From positions 38,862,388 through 38,926,387 of the forward strand of contig NC_092670.1 of the NCBI RefSeq assembly GCF_964355755.1: DNA of 64,000 bases, given 5' to 3'. The number at the start of each line of letters is the position of its first letter. Position 1 is the stretch's first letter. Source of the stretch: Antedon mediterranea. Taxonomy: Eukaryota > Animalia > Echinodermata. Below are positions 13,853-26,683 of the stretch, piece after piece. The position numbers were made by a program, and so were the translations under genes. The notes below the pieces were generated by a model. The model worked only from the letters and a program-made list of their open reading frames with translations. It was not told where the DNA came from and searched no databases.

Positions 13853-14882
13853 TATATAAAAAACATTACAAAAAGCAGAACAAGTCTAAAATTATTGTAA
13901 TATTTAGTCTAATAAAATAATGTTTTAAATTTCGTACATTAAATAAATACAGTAAAATATAACTACAATTTCTGTTTGTACTTATTTACTTACTAATTAG
14001 TTTTAAAAAGTTAAAACTTATTGGTTGTTCAAAACTAACATGTGCAGTACATTCAGAGCTTGCTTATATGCGCTATATAAGAATGAACTATTATTATTTA
14101 CTGTAATGATTCTTTTTCTATTAAAATTGTTAATTTTGACAAAATAAATATTTTCTGAAATTAAGACTAAGCTTTTCAAATTTTTGGTAAAGTAATATCT
14201 ATTATACCAAAGATAAACTAAATACATAAACTTATTTATTTATGAAATTATTTATTTTTATAGCTATTAATGATTTTGAAAATGATGCAGTTAAGTATGA
14301 ATAACTTTAATAGATTTATCAATTCAATTAAATTTCTTTTTATTTCGGAAATATCATCCATATTAATAAACTTATAAACAGAAAAAGAAAAATCGTAAAC
14401 TCTAAACTTAAGTATATAGAATGCTTCTCCATCTATATTGTAAATAGTACTATTAATAATAATTTGTAGTATAGTTAAGCGTGCCAGTTATACCATAGAT
14501 GAATATAATATCTCTATGGTTAAACCCACATAGTGTGATATAAAGAAAACATCACAAGACATGATGTTCGTTTATTGATATGAACTATACTTGCCTAACC
14601 TAATTCCTAGGCCTAAATACAACAATCTATTTTGCTACCAGAGATCCTAACCCACTGCGGTATGCCTGTTTAATACTATATTCTTGTCCTACATATTACA
14701 GCATTCCAAGACGGCTTGAAAATAGCACAGGCTTCTGATGTCTGCTGTCATGTTGTAATATATTGTTGTATTGTGACGGACAAAGTGCAAACTTTATATC
14801 ATAAATCTTAAATTATTGATTATTATTAAAATATTAATATATTATTGTCCTATTGGTATATAAGTACTCTAGGTGTTGTTTT

Positions 14883-14923
14883 CTGTTCTGATGATGAGAA
14901 TAGTTTCTCGAAACATGTCACAT
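14883..14923 (+). ncRNA. Minimal type I hammerhead ribozyme (Penelope-like element type)
   Basis: CTGATGA(14888-14894)-T-GAGAA tagt TTCTC-GAAA-CATG-TC: intact core, 5-bp stem II, palindromic ACATGT stem III, GUC cleavage triplet; stem I weak. Confidence 0.7.
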
Positions 14924-17674
14924 TTTAAGGCAGTCTGCCTATTTATTAAATGTCTCACTATCGTTATTTTAACTCGAAAGTTCGGTGGAATCATTTATGA
15001 TTTATCTAACATATTATTGTCAATTTAGTAAGTTTAATTTAACTTACATTGCATGAAATTAATTTATTGCATTGATAAGTGCTTTTATTAAATTTCAAAT
15101 AAGTTCTAAAACTACGGTAGTTTCAACAACAAAATAAATTTTAAAGATTTTATTGAATTTGAAACCAGATGAAATCATTCAATTTGTATTTGTAGTGAAA
15201 TATATTAAACACAGATATTACTAATTATTTTTTTTTTATATTTATCATAAATCAAATAATTTGTTATGTAGAAAGAAACATTTTTAAAGCATTGTATTTT
15301 CTCTATGATTACAATACAAAGAGATTTCATTGTTGTTTAGCATAAATTAAATAAATTTTATTTGAAAGAAACATTTTAAAGGGTTATTGTTTTGTTTTTA
15401 CTATAATTTATATAATTTACTATAATAATTGTGATTATATAATCACAAATAATAATGTGTCCTACCATCTTTATATCCTAATTTAAAACTTAGTAGATAC
15501 TAAGAAATAAATGATATAATTAAACATTTATCCAATATGAACTTTTTAAATAAAAAAGTAACCGCATGACAAGCAAAAAACTTCATTTTAGTAGGCGTAC
15601 CAATTTCTCATCACTAGAAAAAAATAACAAAATCAGTCACCCATTCTTAAAAAACGTCAAAACTGACAAGACACCACGTTAAAAGATGAGCAAGTTCAGG
15701 TGCTTAAATGACAGTATATTAAATTATTAAGTATCATCTTGAAGACCTATTCAAAATATGCCAAGTCAGCTTATATATTATAAAGTATATAGCATGTTAG
15801 GCCGCAGGCCAGCATGGCTGGCACTTCAGGTCTGAAGCAACCAGTCAGAATTGATTTGGCCCCTGAATCATTTCCTATGTTAAAGGGTAAGACTTAGCTC
15901 CCAGTGTTCGACTTCTGGTTTTGATAAGTATAATGATAACAAAACAAAGACCTGTCATTAGCTCTAGTAGATTTAGATCATTATCAAAATGTCCGGTTTG
16001 AACTTTTTGTTCTGGTGTTACTATTCATTAATCATACAGACAACAATTAACACAAGTTTATTAATTGATTGATTGAATTAATTGATTTATTCATTACCAA
16101 TTAGTCTTAATATCAATGTTTTTATAATTAATTACATGATATTTTTTTTTACAATTTGGATTTGAAATCATTTATTTATATTTTCTTTAAAACAATTCTT
16201 TTCTAGTGCAAAATCATTTTCAGAATATTTCCGTTTGAGATTTGAACTATTCTGTTTCAGTAATTTGATAATAATGAAAGATGTGCCTTTCTTTCAATAA
16301 GTTAATGTTCAAATAAATTCTACTGCAGTTGCTGCAGTAATATATTTTGTTTACTTTCTAAACCTGTTTATGCAATATATTTAGCAAGCTGTTTTGGGGT
16401 AATGCAGGGGTTGGGAGACTGCTTTTACAAACTTCTACATTAAAACAAACAAGACATATGTTATGGTATAAAACATGCAGTAACTGCAGTAAAGACATTT
16501 TAACATGATTGATAAATAATTTGTAAATAATAATAAATGTATATGATTCCATTAACTTTCAAAAACACTGTTATTTCACATTTATTAACTGTTATGTTAT
16601 ATTACACAGTTAGCCTATACTACAGGAAACAGCCAGGTTACTCGGCTAAGCCGGCAGTTTCCTTGTATTCCCTAGGTAATCAACACCACCCAGAATGGTC
16701 ATCTTCATGTTGCTCCTCTCCAGTTGTTCCCATTTATTCCCCCGGTCTAGGACCTTAGGCTCTTTTTAGTGCTTAGAAGTGATACTAACAATCATCATAA
16801 GACTACTGAAAATATCTTAAGCTTTTGTGAAGTTTGTAATTATTTTTTACAGCTTTATATCGATGGCACTTTACTTGACTTTAACTTAACTAAAACAACC
16901 TAATAAATGCATACTGTAAATAAACGTGTAAAATATATTATAATTATATAAATGAAACTGATTAACATCATCCCATTTAGGAAAACTCCAAAATGTGTAA
17001 ATGCTAATTTTCACAAGTATTGTCTGGTATGTAACTTTATATACTCTAGTACTGAATTACAATCCTAATTTTAAAATGTTGGTTAAGGAATTACCATACT
17101 AATTTTAATGTTTTGATCATGTTTCCTTTTTATAATTTTTGTTTAATCATTTTTTTCCTTTTAATTTTTACTGTTCCAAAAGTGCAACTTCAAAATAAAG
17201 TAACAGAAATTTGGAGTAAAAACTTTTATCTCAAGTTTGTTTAAGATGTTGAGTTCCTTTCTTACATTGTTTGTTTTCAGTTCATTCTAGTGAAGAGCTC
17301 CTTGATAAGAAAACACTGTGTAAGCAGTTTCTAATTGCTTCCGAATTTATACCTATTGTTGCTTTTGGGTAGCCGTGTACTCGATAATGTCTATTTTAGT
17401 TTATTTTTGGTAGTATAAGCTTTGATTAATGATGCTACTGATGAGATGCTCATTAAATATACATTAATCTTTATATATGGACCATGACTACAGCCGGACC
17501 AATGCGTCTCTGTTTCTTCTGTGTTTTGTGTTCACGGTACCAATGTTGTTTGTACTGTGTAATCATTGGGATTAAATTTAGACACCGGTGAATAAATATT
17601 TTTAGAATTTGTCAGAAATAGGTATCTAAAATAAGATGAGGTAGAAAATAGCTACTGTAGACCACTATAGTTAA

Positions 17675-17983
17675 AGATATCTTGTCTCCCTAAATTCTAA
17701 TTTTTTTTAAATATGCTATTTTAATGTCACTTTGTATTGACCAAAATCTTAAACAAAACAAAAATTATATACCTGAAAAAATGTAATTTAAAGCAAAATA
17801 TATTTAAATTGTCTGTTAGACAAAGTTTTTTTTGTTAAAAGTAAATTTCTTTTGTTTTTTTATAAGTTTAATAATTTTTGTTGGTTTTTTTTTACAGATG
17901 TAAAAAACTTCAAAATGGCCTATTTAAAGTCTGATTTGAATAATCTTCATTTTTCATGTTTTTGGGGAACAATAAATCTGTAA
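17675..17983. mobile_element. Kolobok-like MITE family B (opposite orientation to 6037)
   Basis: TTAA-AGATATCTTGTCTCCC...GGGGAACAATAAATCT; internal sequence is the reverse complement of 6037-6346. Confidence 0.7.
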
Positions 17984-18084
17984 TATTAAACTTTTAAACA
18001 TTGTTATATTGTTAATTTTATTTTCTAAACTTTAATTACGATTTTACATATTATTTCATGTATAAGTAATTGCAGTATAGGTTA

Positions 18085-18205
18085 AGCTCTGTCTACACTA
18101 TAAACCTAGTTTGACAAAAATGTGTGATGTGCCCAAATATGGTAATGATATTCTCAAATATGGTAGTGATATGATATCATCACGTCCATATATGGCCACA
18201 TCACA
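18085..18205. mobile_element. MITE family A, copy 3 (truncated)
   Basis: One TIR AGCTCTGTCTACACTA plus core. Confidence 0.75.
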
Positions 18206-19104
18206 ATATAAATGCCTCAAAGTTTTATGGTTATATTTTGACTATCCATGCCTACACTGTATAAGAACGTCAATGACATTGTGACATATGAACTTTCAAT
18301 GAATTTCTACAAAACCCAAATATATTTATTTAATTTGTTTTTTCTGTGTTTGTAGGCCAAATAAATTATTAGGGTAAAAAGAAACCTTACCGTCACATCA
18401 CATTTATTTTATTTTGGTCATCGGTTGCAACTTTTCGTCCTATATAACTTGTTTAGCCGATACCCGCAGGCATCTCACCGATTTCCGAGCTTGTGATTTG
18501 TCGTGTCACACATTACTTCGTTAACAATGTTATCTCCTTCTAATTGTGTAACCCTTGGATGCAATGTGCCCTCGTTTTTTTAGACGAAAACTTCATCATC
18601 GAACCAATCAGGACACCTTTCAAATTCTGATGTACGATCGACATGTTAAGGTCTTCACGTCGAGGCGTGTCATTCACCCGCCAATCGCCAGGTACCGTTT
18701 TACCAATGCTGTGCGATGTTATGGTTGCTACTGGGTAGATTCTCCGCACAGATTGTGGTGTCCCGGCCATTGTTCTTACATGTTGTGTATTTTGTATGAA
18801 TACCGTACTTGAGTTGGTTCTCTCTGTTTATTCATGGTCACTATTTTCTATGAATGGATTCGAATTCAGCATGATGTTTATGTAGAGATGGTAAAACTGA
18901 TAATGTTTCTACATCTGATAAGAAATGTTGCCAGGATTATGGCCACCCTACCTGTAGGTAATGTTTATGTTTCATGCTTATGCTATCAATGTTCCATCTT
19001 CCAACATTTTATCTTAATATAAATCTACAACAATGCTTGATTGAAAGCCTTACTGTAATACAAAGTTAACTATTATACTTAAAAAATTGTCCTATTTAAT
19101 TATG

Positions 19105-19390
19105 CAAATTCTCTTCTTTCATGCGGACACACAGTTTGTCTGTATAATACAAAATAAAAAAATTTAAAAATTACTAAATACTTTTGTAAATTCCTTTCTC
19201 CCATGCGGACATACAGTTTGTTTATACTGTATAATACGAAATAGAAAACAAAAATTACTAATTAATACTTTTGTAAATTCCCTTCTCCCATGCGGACACA
19301 CAGTTTGTTTATACGGTACAATACGAAATAGAAAAAAAATTACTAAATACTTTTGTAAATTCTCTTCATTCATGCGGACATGCAGTTTGA
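19105..19390. repeat. Tandem repeat, ~85-90 bp unit x3
   Basis: catgcggacacacagtttg...aaattactaaatacttttgtaaattc recurs at ~19120, 19202, 19289, 19371. Confidence 0.85.
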
Positions 19391-21656
19391 TCATATTCCT
19401 GATATGGCTATAGAATGTTATAATAATGTATTTTTTATAATGTAGGCCTATGTTATATCTTATTCTTTAAATCATCAAATGGCTTGTTTTTGTAAAACCA
19501 TTTAGTCATTGTTTATGAATATAATCCTGTTTTTATGGCTTCTGATTGGTCAAACAATTTTCTTTTTTATTTTACTTGAGACATCTAGGATGATTCTACA
19601 GATCACGTTTGGTTACTTCCTGTTGCACAAATTGAATCAAGTCTCATCGTATTTTCTTCGTATGTTACGTTATACTCGTACACCGGGTCACTCAACGCAT
19701 ACTCCATGACAGTGTCCAGACGCTAGTGTCTCATCTAATTCATCCTTAAGAAAAGTTGATGTCACCACCATAGATTTTAGAGATATACTTTAAATGATAG
19801 ACCATAATATTGTTATCAATTATATTTATGTAGAGTTAGGCGTGGAGTTATTGTGCTCTCGATAGCCGTGGGTAAAATACGATAAAAATACTTTGTCATC
19901 TTGTTTGGTCGTTTTAACTTAAGGTGAAGGTATTCGAAGTAAATTTAATTTATAAAAAAAAATACATTTGGAAATTATAAATATCATTTCTAATTCTTCT
20001 GTTTTTTTAAAGAAACAAAAGGAATATTATAGTAATTTACTAAATTACATTTTAAAAATATTTTTCTTTGATATATATTGCAAACATTTTTTTTAGCGTT
20101 TTATTAATTTGACCAGATCAATTTGCGTTTATAGAATAATCTTTTAGGAGTTTTATTGTTTCTGACATTATAAATAATATTCACATTGACAACCCTATTA
20201 AAATTGATTGGCAAGTTCAAAATAATCCTACTCTTCAACGATAACTTAATTGTATTTCTTAGTTAAAAATACGAGGCCATTTAAAACGTTTTGAAATTCA
20301 AATGATTCATTTTTTTTGTATTTATCACTTATTTTTCTGTTTTTGATAATCCGTCAAACTTTAAAGTTTTTAAAAACTTGATTTTGAATGAATAAATAAA
20401 ATAAATTAATTGATTAACACTGTAAAAAAAACTTTAGATAACTCGGTCTACAGCCACTTAATTAAAAAAAAAAACTTTAGAGAAACAGTGTGTCTTGAAG
20501 TTCAATTCATTTACTAGATTACCTCAAGTACTAAACGCTGTAAACAAAATCTAAACATTTGCAATCGGAAAGATTTTATCAAAGATAATAGGCTTATTTA
20601 TCAATCTATAAAGACGGACGACACATATGCTTTTAGATTTGTTGATGTTATATGCTTCCATTCAGTTCATCAACTTAATTAAATAGTGTCGTAAATTAAT
20701 TGGGTGTAATCAGTGGCAGAACCTGGCAACAATCCTATACTAAGAAAACTAGATGTTTAATCATGGAGTCAGATAATTCAATCAAGTGTGAGTGACCAAA
20801 CTCATCCCTGTAAATGCTCCTATTTAACGACTTTATTTTAATTGGTCACTATTAACACCAGGCAAATAGAGTTATTACTGGTGACCCAAACAGATTGTAG
20901 ATCATTTTGATTTTCCACATCACATCACAAAGATGAAGATGAGTCTTTGAGATTAACCAAGTCCACATGTCGTATGGAAGTACCGCTTTTGACCCCTGAC
21001 CTTTACAAAAGGCGCTAAGAACTAATCGTTTTGATTAGTTGAAATATTTCGGTGGTCATTAAGTTTGATCTCTTTGTTGATACCACAAACTCAGTAGACT
21101 AAGACTTGTTCCAGGTTTTTTTTCACACATAAATGACTGACAGTTGCCATGTAATGAGGCATGTCATTGCGTTTCCAATCTAGTAGTTCCCAACATTTTT
21201 TTTCAATTCATTAAATTTTAAAATCTACAATCTAATAACACACATCTTTCATTCAATACTTAACTTATTTTTCTAACCAACTTAAATTAAAGAATTAATT
21301 TGTTAATACAGGGATATCTTATTGTCTTTCTGTTTGTACATATAGAAATGCATTGTAATATAAAAGGACACTTGAAAATGAAAAATATCTTTTTTTTCAA
21401 TTTCTTTAATTTTGTAGGTAATGTATACATATCAATACAACAGTGAAACTAATCTATCACTATAGAAATATATAAATTCAACAAATTACTGAAAAAAGGA
21501 CAAATTACTGAAAAAGAACAATGCTGTGAGCATCAGTGATATAAGATAAGCAAAATGCTACATCAAAACGATAAAGTAAAAAACTAAATAAACTATAGAA
21601 ATATATAAAAAAAAAATCAAGATCAAATAAGTTAAAACTGCCTCAATATAGATTTA

Positions 21657-21699
21657 TTTTAACGACATGTTTCGGGCATAGCCCATCATCAGGTGAAAA
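21657..21699 (-). ncRNA. Minimal type I hammerhead ribozyme (Penelope-like element type)
   Basis: Minus strand: TTTTCAC-CTGATGA-T-GGGC tat GCCC-GAAA-CATG-TC-GTTAAAA; stem I 6/7 paired, GUC triplet, AATAAA just downstream. Confidence 0.8.
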
Positions 21700-21859
21700 G
21701 AATTGTAACAAAGGATAACATATATAAGTCACAAAATTACATAATAAAACAAATCAGCCAATCAAAGATGTTAAACTGAGGAAACTGTGCTGTTCCGCCG
21801 TACCACGCCGAGAATGTTAAAGAGTCGTTATCCAATTGAGTTCGAACAATACCATGAAA

Positions 21860-21931
21860 GCCCCAGTGGTCTAATGGTTAGGACATCTGCATATCAAGCA
21901 GGCGGTCCGAGTTCGAGTCTCGGTTGGGGCG
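21860..21931 (+). tRNA. 72-nt tRNA or tRNA-like gene with anticodon ATC (nominally Asp)
   Basis: Acceptor GCCCCAG/TTGGGGC, D stem GTCT/GGAC, anticodon stem TCTGC/GCAGG with loop AT-ATC-AA (21893-21895), 4-nt variable loop, T stem CCGAG/CTCGG with TTCGAGT, discriminator G, T5 run at 21934-21938. Confidence 0.75.
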
Positions 21932-22875
21932 ACTTTTTCTCATTCTCACAGATTTCCTCATCTTTATCGTTTCAAATTAATTAATTAAATTTCAGTATAT
22001 TACCGGGCGGTTTAGAATTAATGTTCTTTGCCTCTTGTGTGTATATATAGAAATATATATATATACTGTATATTACATAATTTTAATATTTTATCAAATT
22101 GTTTTTTTTTTATTATATGATTGAATTTTGTATAAGTTGTTGAGCAAAAAAATTGTATTTAATTTCAATTTCTTTATTTTGGAAAAATTTCATCAATATC
22201 AACAAAAGTACAAGCAGAAAAAATATAAAAAAAATAAAATTTGTAAACTGTAAGCTTAAATATATAGGATACTTCTCCATTGTTTTAGTGAATGGTTATA
22301 ATCTGAATAGTAGTGTCTTTATTTCAAGTATAGATACGATAGTGAAATAGCTCTCTGTTTCAACCATACTGTGTACCATTCATTTTGTTATGCCTTTAAA
22401 AATACCAGTATATCCACGTACAGTAGCGTAACTACACAAAGAAAGGCAAAGGGGAGCTGACACTTTGAACTAAAATAGCACTACCTTCTTGTTTGACCTA
22501 AAGATTACTAAACATCGTACAACAAAAGAAATCACTCGCTCTGTGAACACTTTTGTTCGGGCTAAAAAGTCAACTTAAAAGTGAATAAGTCTTAGATAAA
22601 TATTATTATGGTTGATTCCTTTTTTCTTTATGTATTATACGGATTTAATTGTGTGGACAAGTGTTTAATAATCGTTTAGTTGAACTAATGATTATAATCA
22701 GTAAATAGACACTTTCAATCTTAACTGAAATACAATACTTATAATATAGAGATTTAAAATGTAAAAGATTAAAATCCTATAAAAGATTGTGTATTTTGAA
22801 TAGGCCTAAGTTGAAGAGTGTGTGTTAAGTTTTTAGAAGAAAGAAGAATCAAGATTAAAATTCAAACCTATCTAA

Positions 22876-23010
22876 ACCTGTGTATACACTATCAAACTTA
22901 ATGTGATGTGCCCATATATGGACATGATGATGTCATATCACTACCATATTTAAGCATAACACTGCCATATTTGGGAACATCACACTTTTTTTTATAGTGT
23001 AGACAGAGTT
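22876..23010. mobile_element. MITE family A, copy 4
   Basis: Degenerate TIRs and core. Confidence 0.75.
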
Positions 23011-23124
23011 TTAGATGTATAGTTTGTACAGGTGTGGTGTTATTTTATTTTGGTTACATTGTTGGATGAGTCGTTGACTGTGTTACTCATTATGAGGCCA
23101 AGGAACACAGACCAATGCCACTAA

Positions 23125-23233
23125 AGCTCTGTCTACACTATCAAACACTAAAAACCAAATATGACATCATCATATCCATATTTGGGCACATCACATTTTT
23201 TGTCACATAAAGTTTGATAGTGTAGACAGAGCT
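23125..23233. mobile_element. MITE family A, copy 5 (internally deleted)
   Basis: Perfect 22-bp TIRs AGCTCTGTCTACACTATCAAAC. Confidence 0.85.
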
Positions 23234-25661
23234 TTAGAAACCACAAATAAAGATACCATTAAAAAAAAAAGTAAAAATGAAATTATAAGTAAACAAAAAA
23301 AATATTTATAATACAACAAAAATCAATTTAAATTATTAATAATTTATATCAAACGAGAAAATTAAACAGGCATATTTCTAAAACTAATTGGATTCTAGAC
23401 TTCTGAGTTTTATATATTTTGTATATTGAATACTAAATGTGAAATTTCTTTCAATTAGAAATAATTGAAGAAAATATCGTTGAAAATAAGTGGAATCAAT
23501 ACTAAGATATCCTATTTCAACTAGTTGCATGCCATACAATAGTTTAAAACCAAGAGTAAAGTTTAAACTCAAACCTTTCATTTATTTTGTATCGGTTATC
23601 TGTTGGTTTTGGGTGCTAACAGTAGCAGGTATATTCCTAAAGTGATGAATTAGATTTAAGTTATGTTTTGTGCTATCAGAAAGTTTAACATTAATATGTT
23701 TTCATTTTAATAAAATAATTATATTTCTATCTAAGTTATATTCAATTTAATAAACGAGTTATACCCTATTAAACATATGAGAAAACATATTTAAACATTA
23801 TCTACACATTTTTATTTAAAATTTAGAATAGTTCAAGAAACCTTTTAAACTTTTGTTTGCATCTAAATAGATAAATAATAAAAATGATTGAAGAATCAAA
23901 AGTTTTAAAATATTTTTTTTTTTTAAATGGTGTGAACAATATTGTTTTAAAAGCTAAAAATAAATTAATAAATGTTTAGGGAAAAATATGTAGTTTGTTT
24001 ATGTTTATAATTATATAAATCTTTCTTTGTTAAAAATAGTCTAGTGATTAACTAACCAGGAACTGTTTGAGTAAGTAGCTCACCATTGATGTTACACGGA
24101 AGATACTCTGTAACCAATAGACTATTAACCTGTGAGATACAATTAGTTAAAATTTTGATTGAGGTAAATAAGACAGGCGCGTTTAGCGTGAAATATTTCG
24201 AGCAATTGATGTTGTTGATTAGCTGAATTACTGCTCTTCATATGTATGTAGCTTCCTGCGTGATCAGCGTGTCACGTTCACGTGATGAGTAACCACGGCC
24301 GATTGATTACCCTCTCCTTACAATTGTAGCCTACCAGTTGTTTCTGACTGTCATGATTCGTAAAAACAAAAAAGTTTGTCTTTACAGGTGATGGTAGAGT
24401 CTGTGATATGTTGGATATTATGGCTTGTATTGGATCTGATGTGTCGGGAGGCGAGGGGGAGGGTGTAACCCTAGAACAGTCATACTAAAATCAAGTCCAG
24501 CAGAAATGTATCATATATAAACGTTTGCTTAGCTTCATTCAACCGCGACTGTGGAACATCTCCCACCTGTATATATTTTAATAATTTTATAACCAGCATG
24601 AGAATGGAAAAAGAATTCAGAAATGTATTATTTGAATTAACTTTTTTCAAATATCACACAATTTCCCCGAAAAATAGGCCTATATATAGACACATATTTA
24701 AGTTTAATTTTTTTTTTTTTTATTTACTTATTTTTTTATATTTATATTTAGAATTTGAAATACTTGTTTTATTGTTAGCAACCTAAAATACTAATACTTT
24801 TAATAATAAATATTTGAGTAAAATTAAATATCTTTTTATTATTGGTTCACAAAAGAACAGATACTCTGCTGATCAGTAATTAAGAATACCTGATCATTAT
24901 TTGTTGAATTCACAAGGTGAAGTTGAGTTAATTGTACCAAGAACGTCATTGTCCATTTTCTATTTGATATTGGCTTAAAGTCACCGGCGGTTCAAAGAGA
25001 GCTACCAGTCTTAAAGTCTCCTGAATTCTAACATCACGTTCGTAGTAGGTTGAATGATGACAAGCACAAACACACCATGATTACTATCGATTTGCATATT
25101 CAGCCACGTTTGTGGTACCGACCGTTAGACAATTCTCCATCTGTGTACCTTTTGCTAAAGATGTTTGCCATGCATAGAATTGCTTGTTTAATCTATTTCA
25201 TCAAGATCTGCTAACGCTTTATTTCCAAACTCATTGTTTCCTGATTATGTATCGGTGGACAATGCTCTCTGTACATAGGTCGCGGTAACGTATGTACGTT
25301 AAATAATCACGATATAATTTACCTCGGTAGCTATTTCGAAAGGTTAAGTTTGCTGGATTATGCTGCGCCCTTTACCCGAAAGCGGAAATGTGCATTTTAA
25401 TTTAGCTTCCGTAGTTCTTTGCTACTGGCCGCACCTTTTAATTTGGAATCTGTTTAGACTGCATATGGATCAACTATATATATCCTGTTTATATTGAATT
25501 CAATAAACATTTATTTTAAAAACAAAACTATTTTTCGTTACCACATATTAAAATATGAAACACTGAAATACATAAAAGCATTATAATGTGTAAACAATAT
25601 GAATTGAACTTTTTATCAATTTTAGTTAGAACCAATAGATCATTAATAGATTTAAAAAATG

Positions 25662-25766
25662 TTAGTTTATAGTTCATTTGTTGAGACAAAAAAGAAAAAA
25701 TTGTCTAAAAAAAATTAGTTTATAGTTCATTTGTTGAGACAAAAAAGAAAAAATGGTCTAAAAAAA
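25662..25766. repeat. Direct tandem duplication, ~53 bp x2
   Basis: ttagtttatagttcatttgttgagacaaaaaagaaaaaat.gtctaaaaaaa twice. Confidence 0.85.
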
Positions 25767-26454
25767 TACAATACAATGCAATAAAACTTTATTATCCCAA
25801 ACTCCGGGAAAATCCATTCTAAAACAATTAAAAATTTGTTTTTTGTTAGTGTTTTAGTATTTTCTCATGTTTTTTATCCATCGTTTTTATTGCAAACCAG
25901 TTTTACTGTGAAGATGATTTATGTTTTATATATAACATTATGAAATGTGTAGTTTCTGAAAAAGTGCTGTGTATTTCTGCACTTTCTGCTACTACTGCAC
26001 TTTTAATGTCATAAAGTGCAACTTCTGTACATTTTCAGTCTTCTTTAATAGACGTATTGTTTTCATTCTTCTAGAAAAAGCTGGTATTCAAACTACGTAA
26101 TAAAATTTAATTAAAGAATAAAATAGAACTATTTAGCTCCAATGACTTAGTAATTTATAGTTGAAAAATCTCTATAAAGATCAATGATGTTTTTCTATTT
26201 ATTTATTTTTGATACAAAATAAAAACAACCTGTATTCAATTTAAGAATTCAATAATCATTAAAAGTTTGTTTTAACTCAAAACAATATTTTATTTTAAAA
26301 TAATTAATATTTCAATATAGAATAATATTTTATATAAATTTATATATAGATTATAAATAATCATTTGTACACAACCTAGTACAATCTCACTCCTAAATTG
26401 TATTCGCTTTAAGACAAAAATATATTTTTCTATTAAGGCAAGAAGGATATAGAC

Positions 26455-26579
26455 AGCTCTGTCTACACTATCAAACTTTATGTGACAAAAAAATGTGACA
26501 TGCCCATATATGGACATGATGATGTCATATCACTACCATATTTGGGCATACCACTACCATATTTGTGCATATTAGAGCT
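26455..26579. mobile_element. MITE family A, copy 6
   Basis: Left TIR plus core, about 100 bp upstream of the Osr acceptor. Confidence 0.8.
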
Positions 26580-26683
26580 AACTCAGTGAAACATGGTATA
26601 TGATATATCTTTTGACAAAACTGTAGTGCACAATGAATAATTTTTCTCAATTTAAATTATCATTTTCGTTCTTTATCTTTCAG

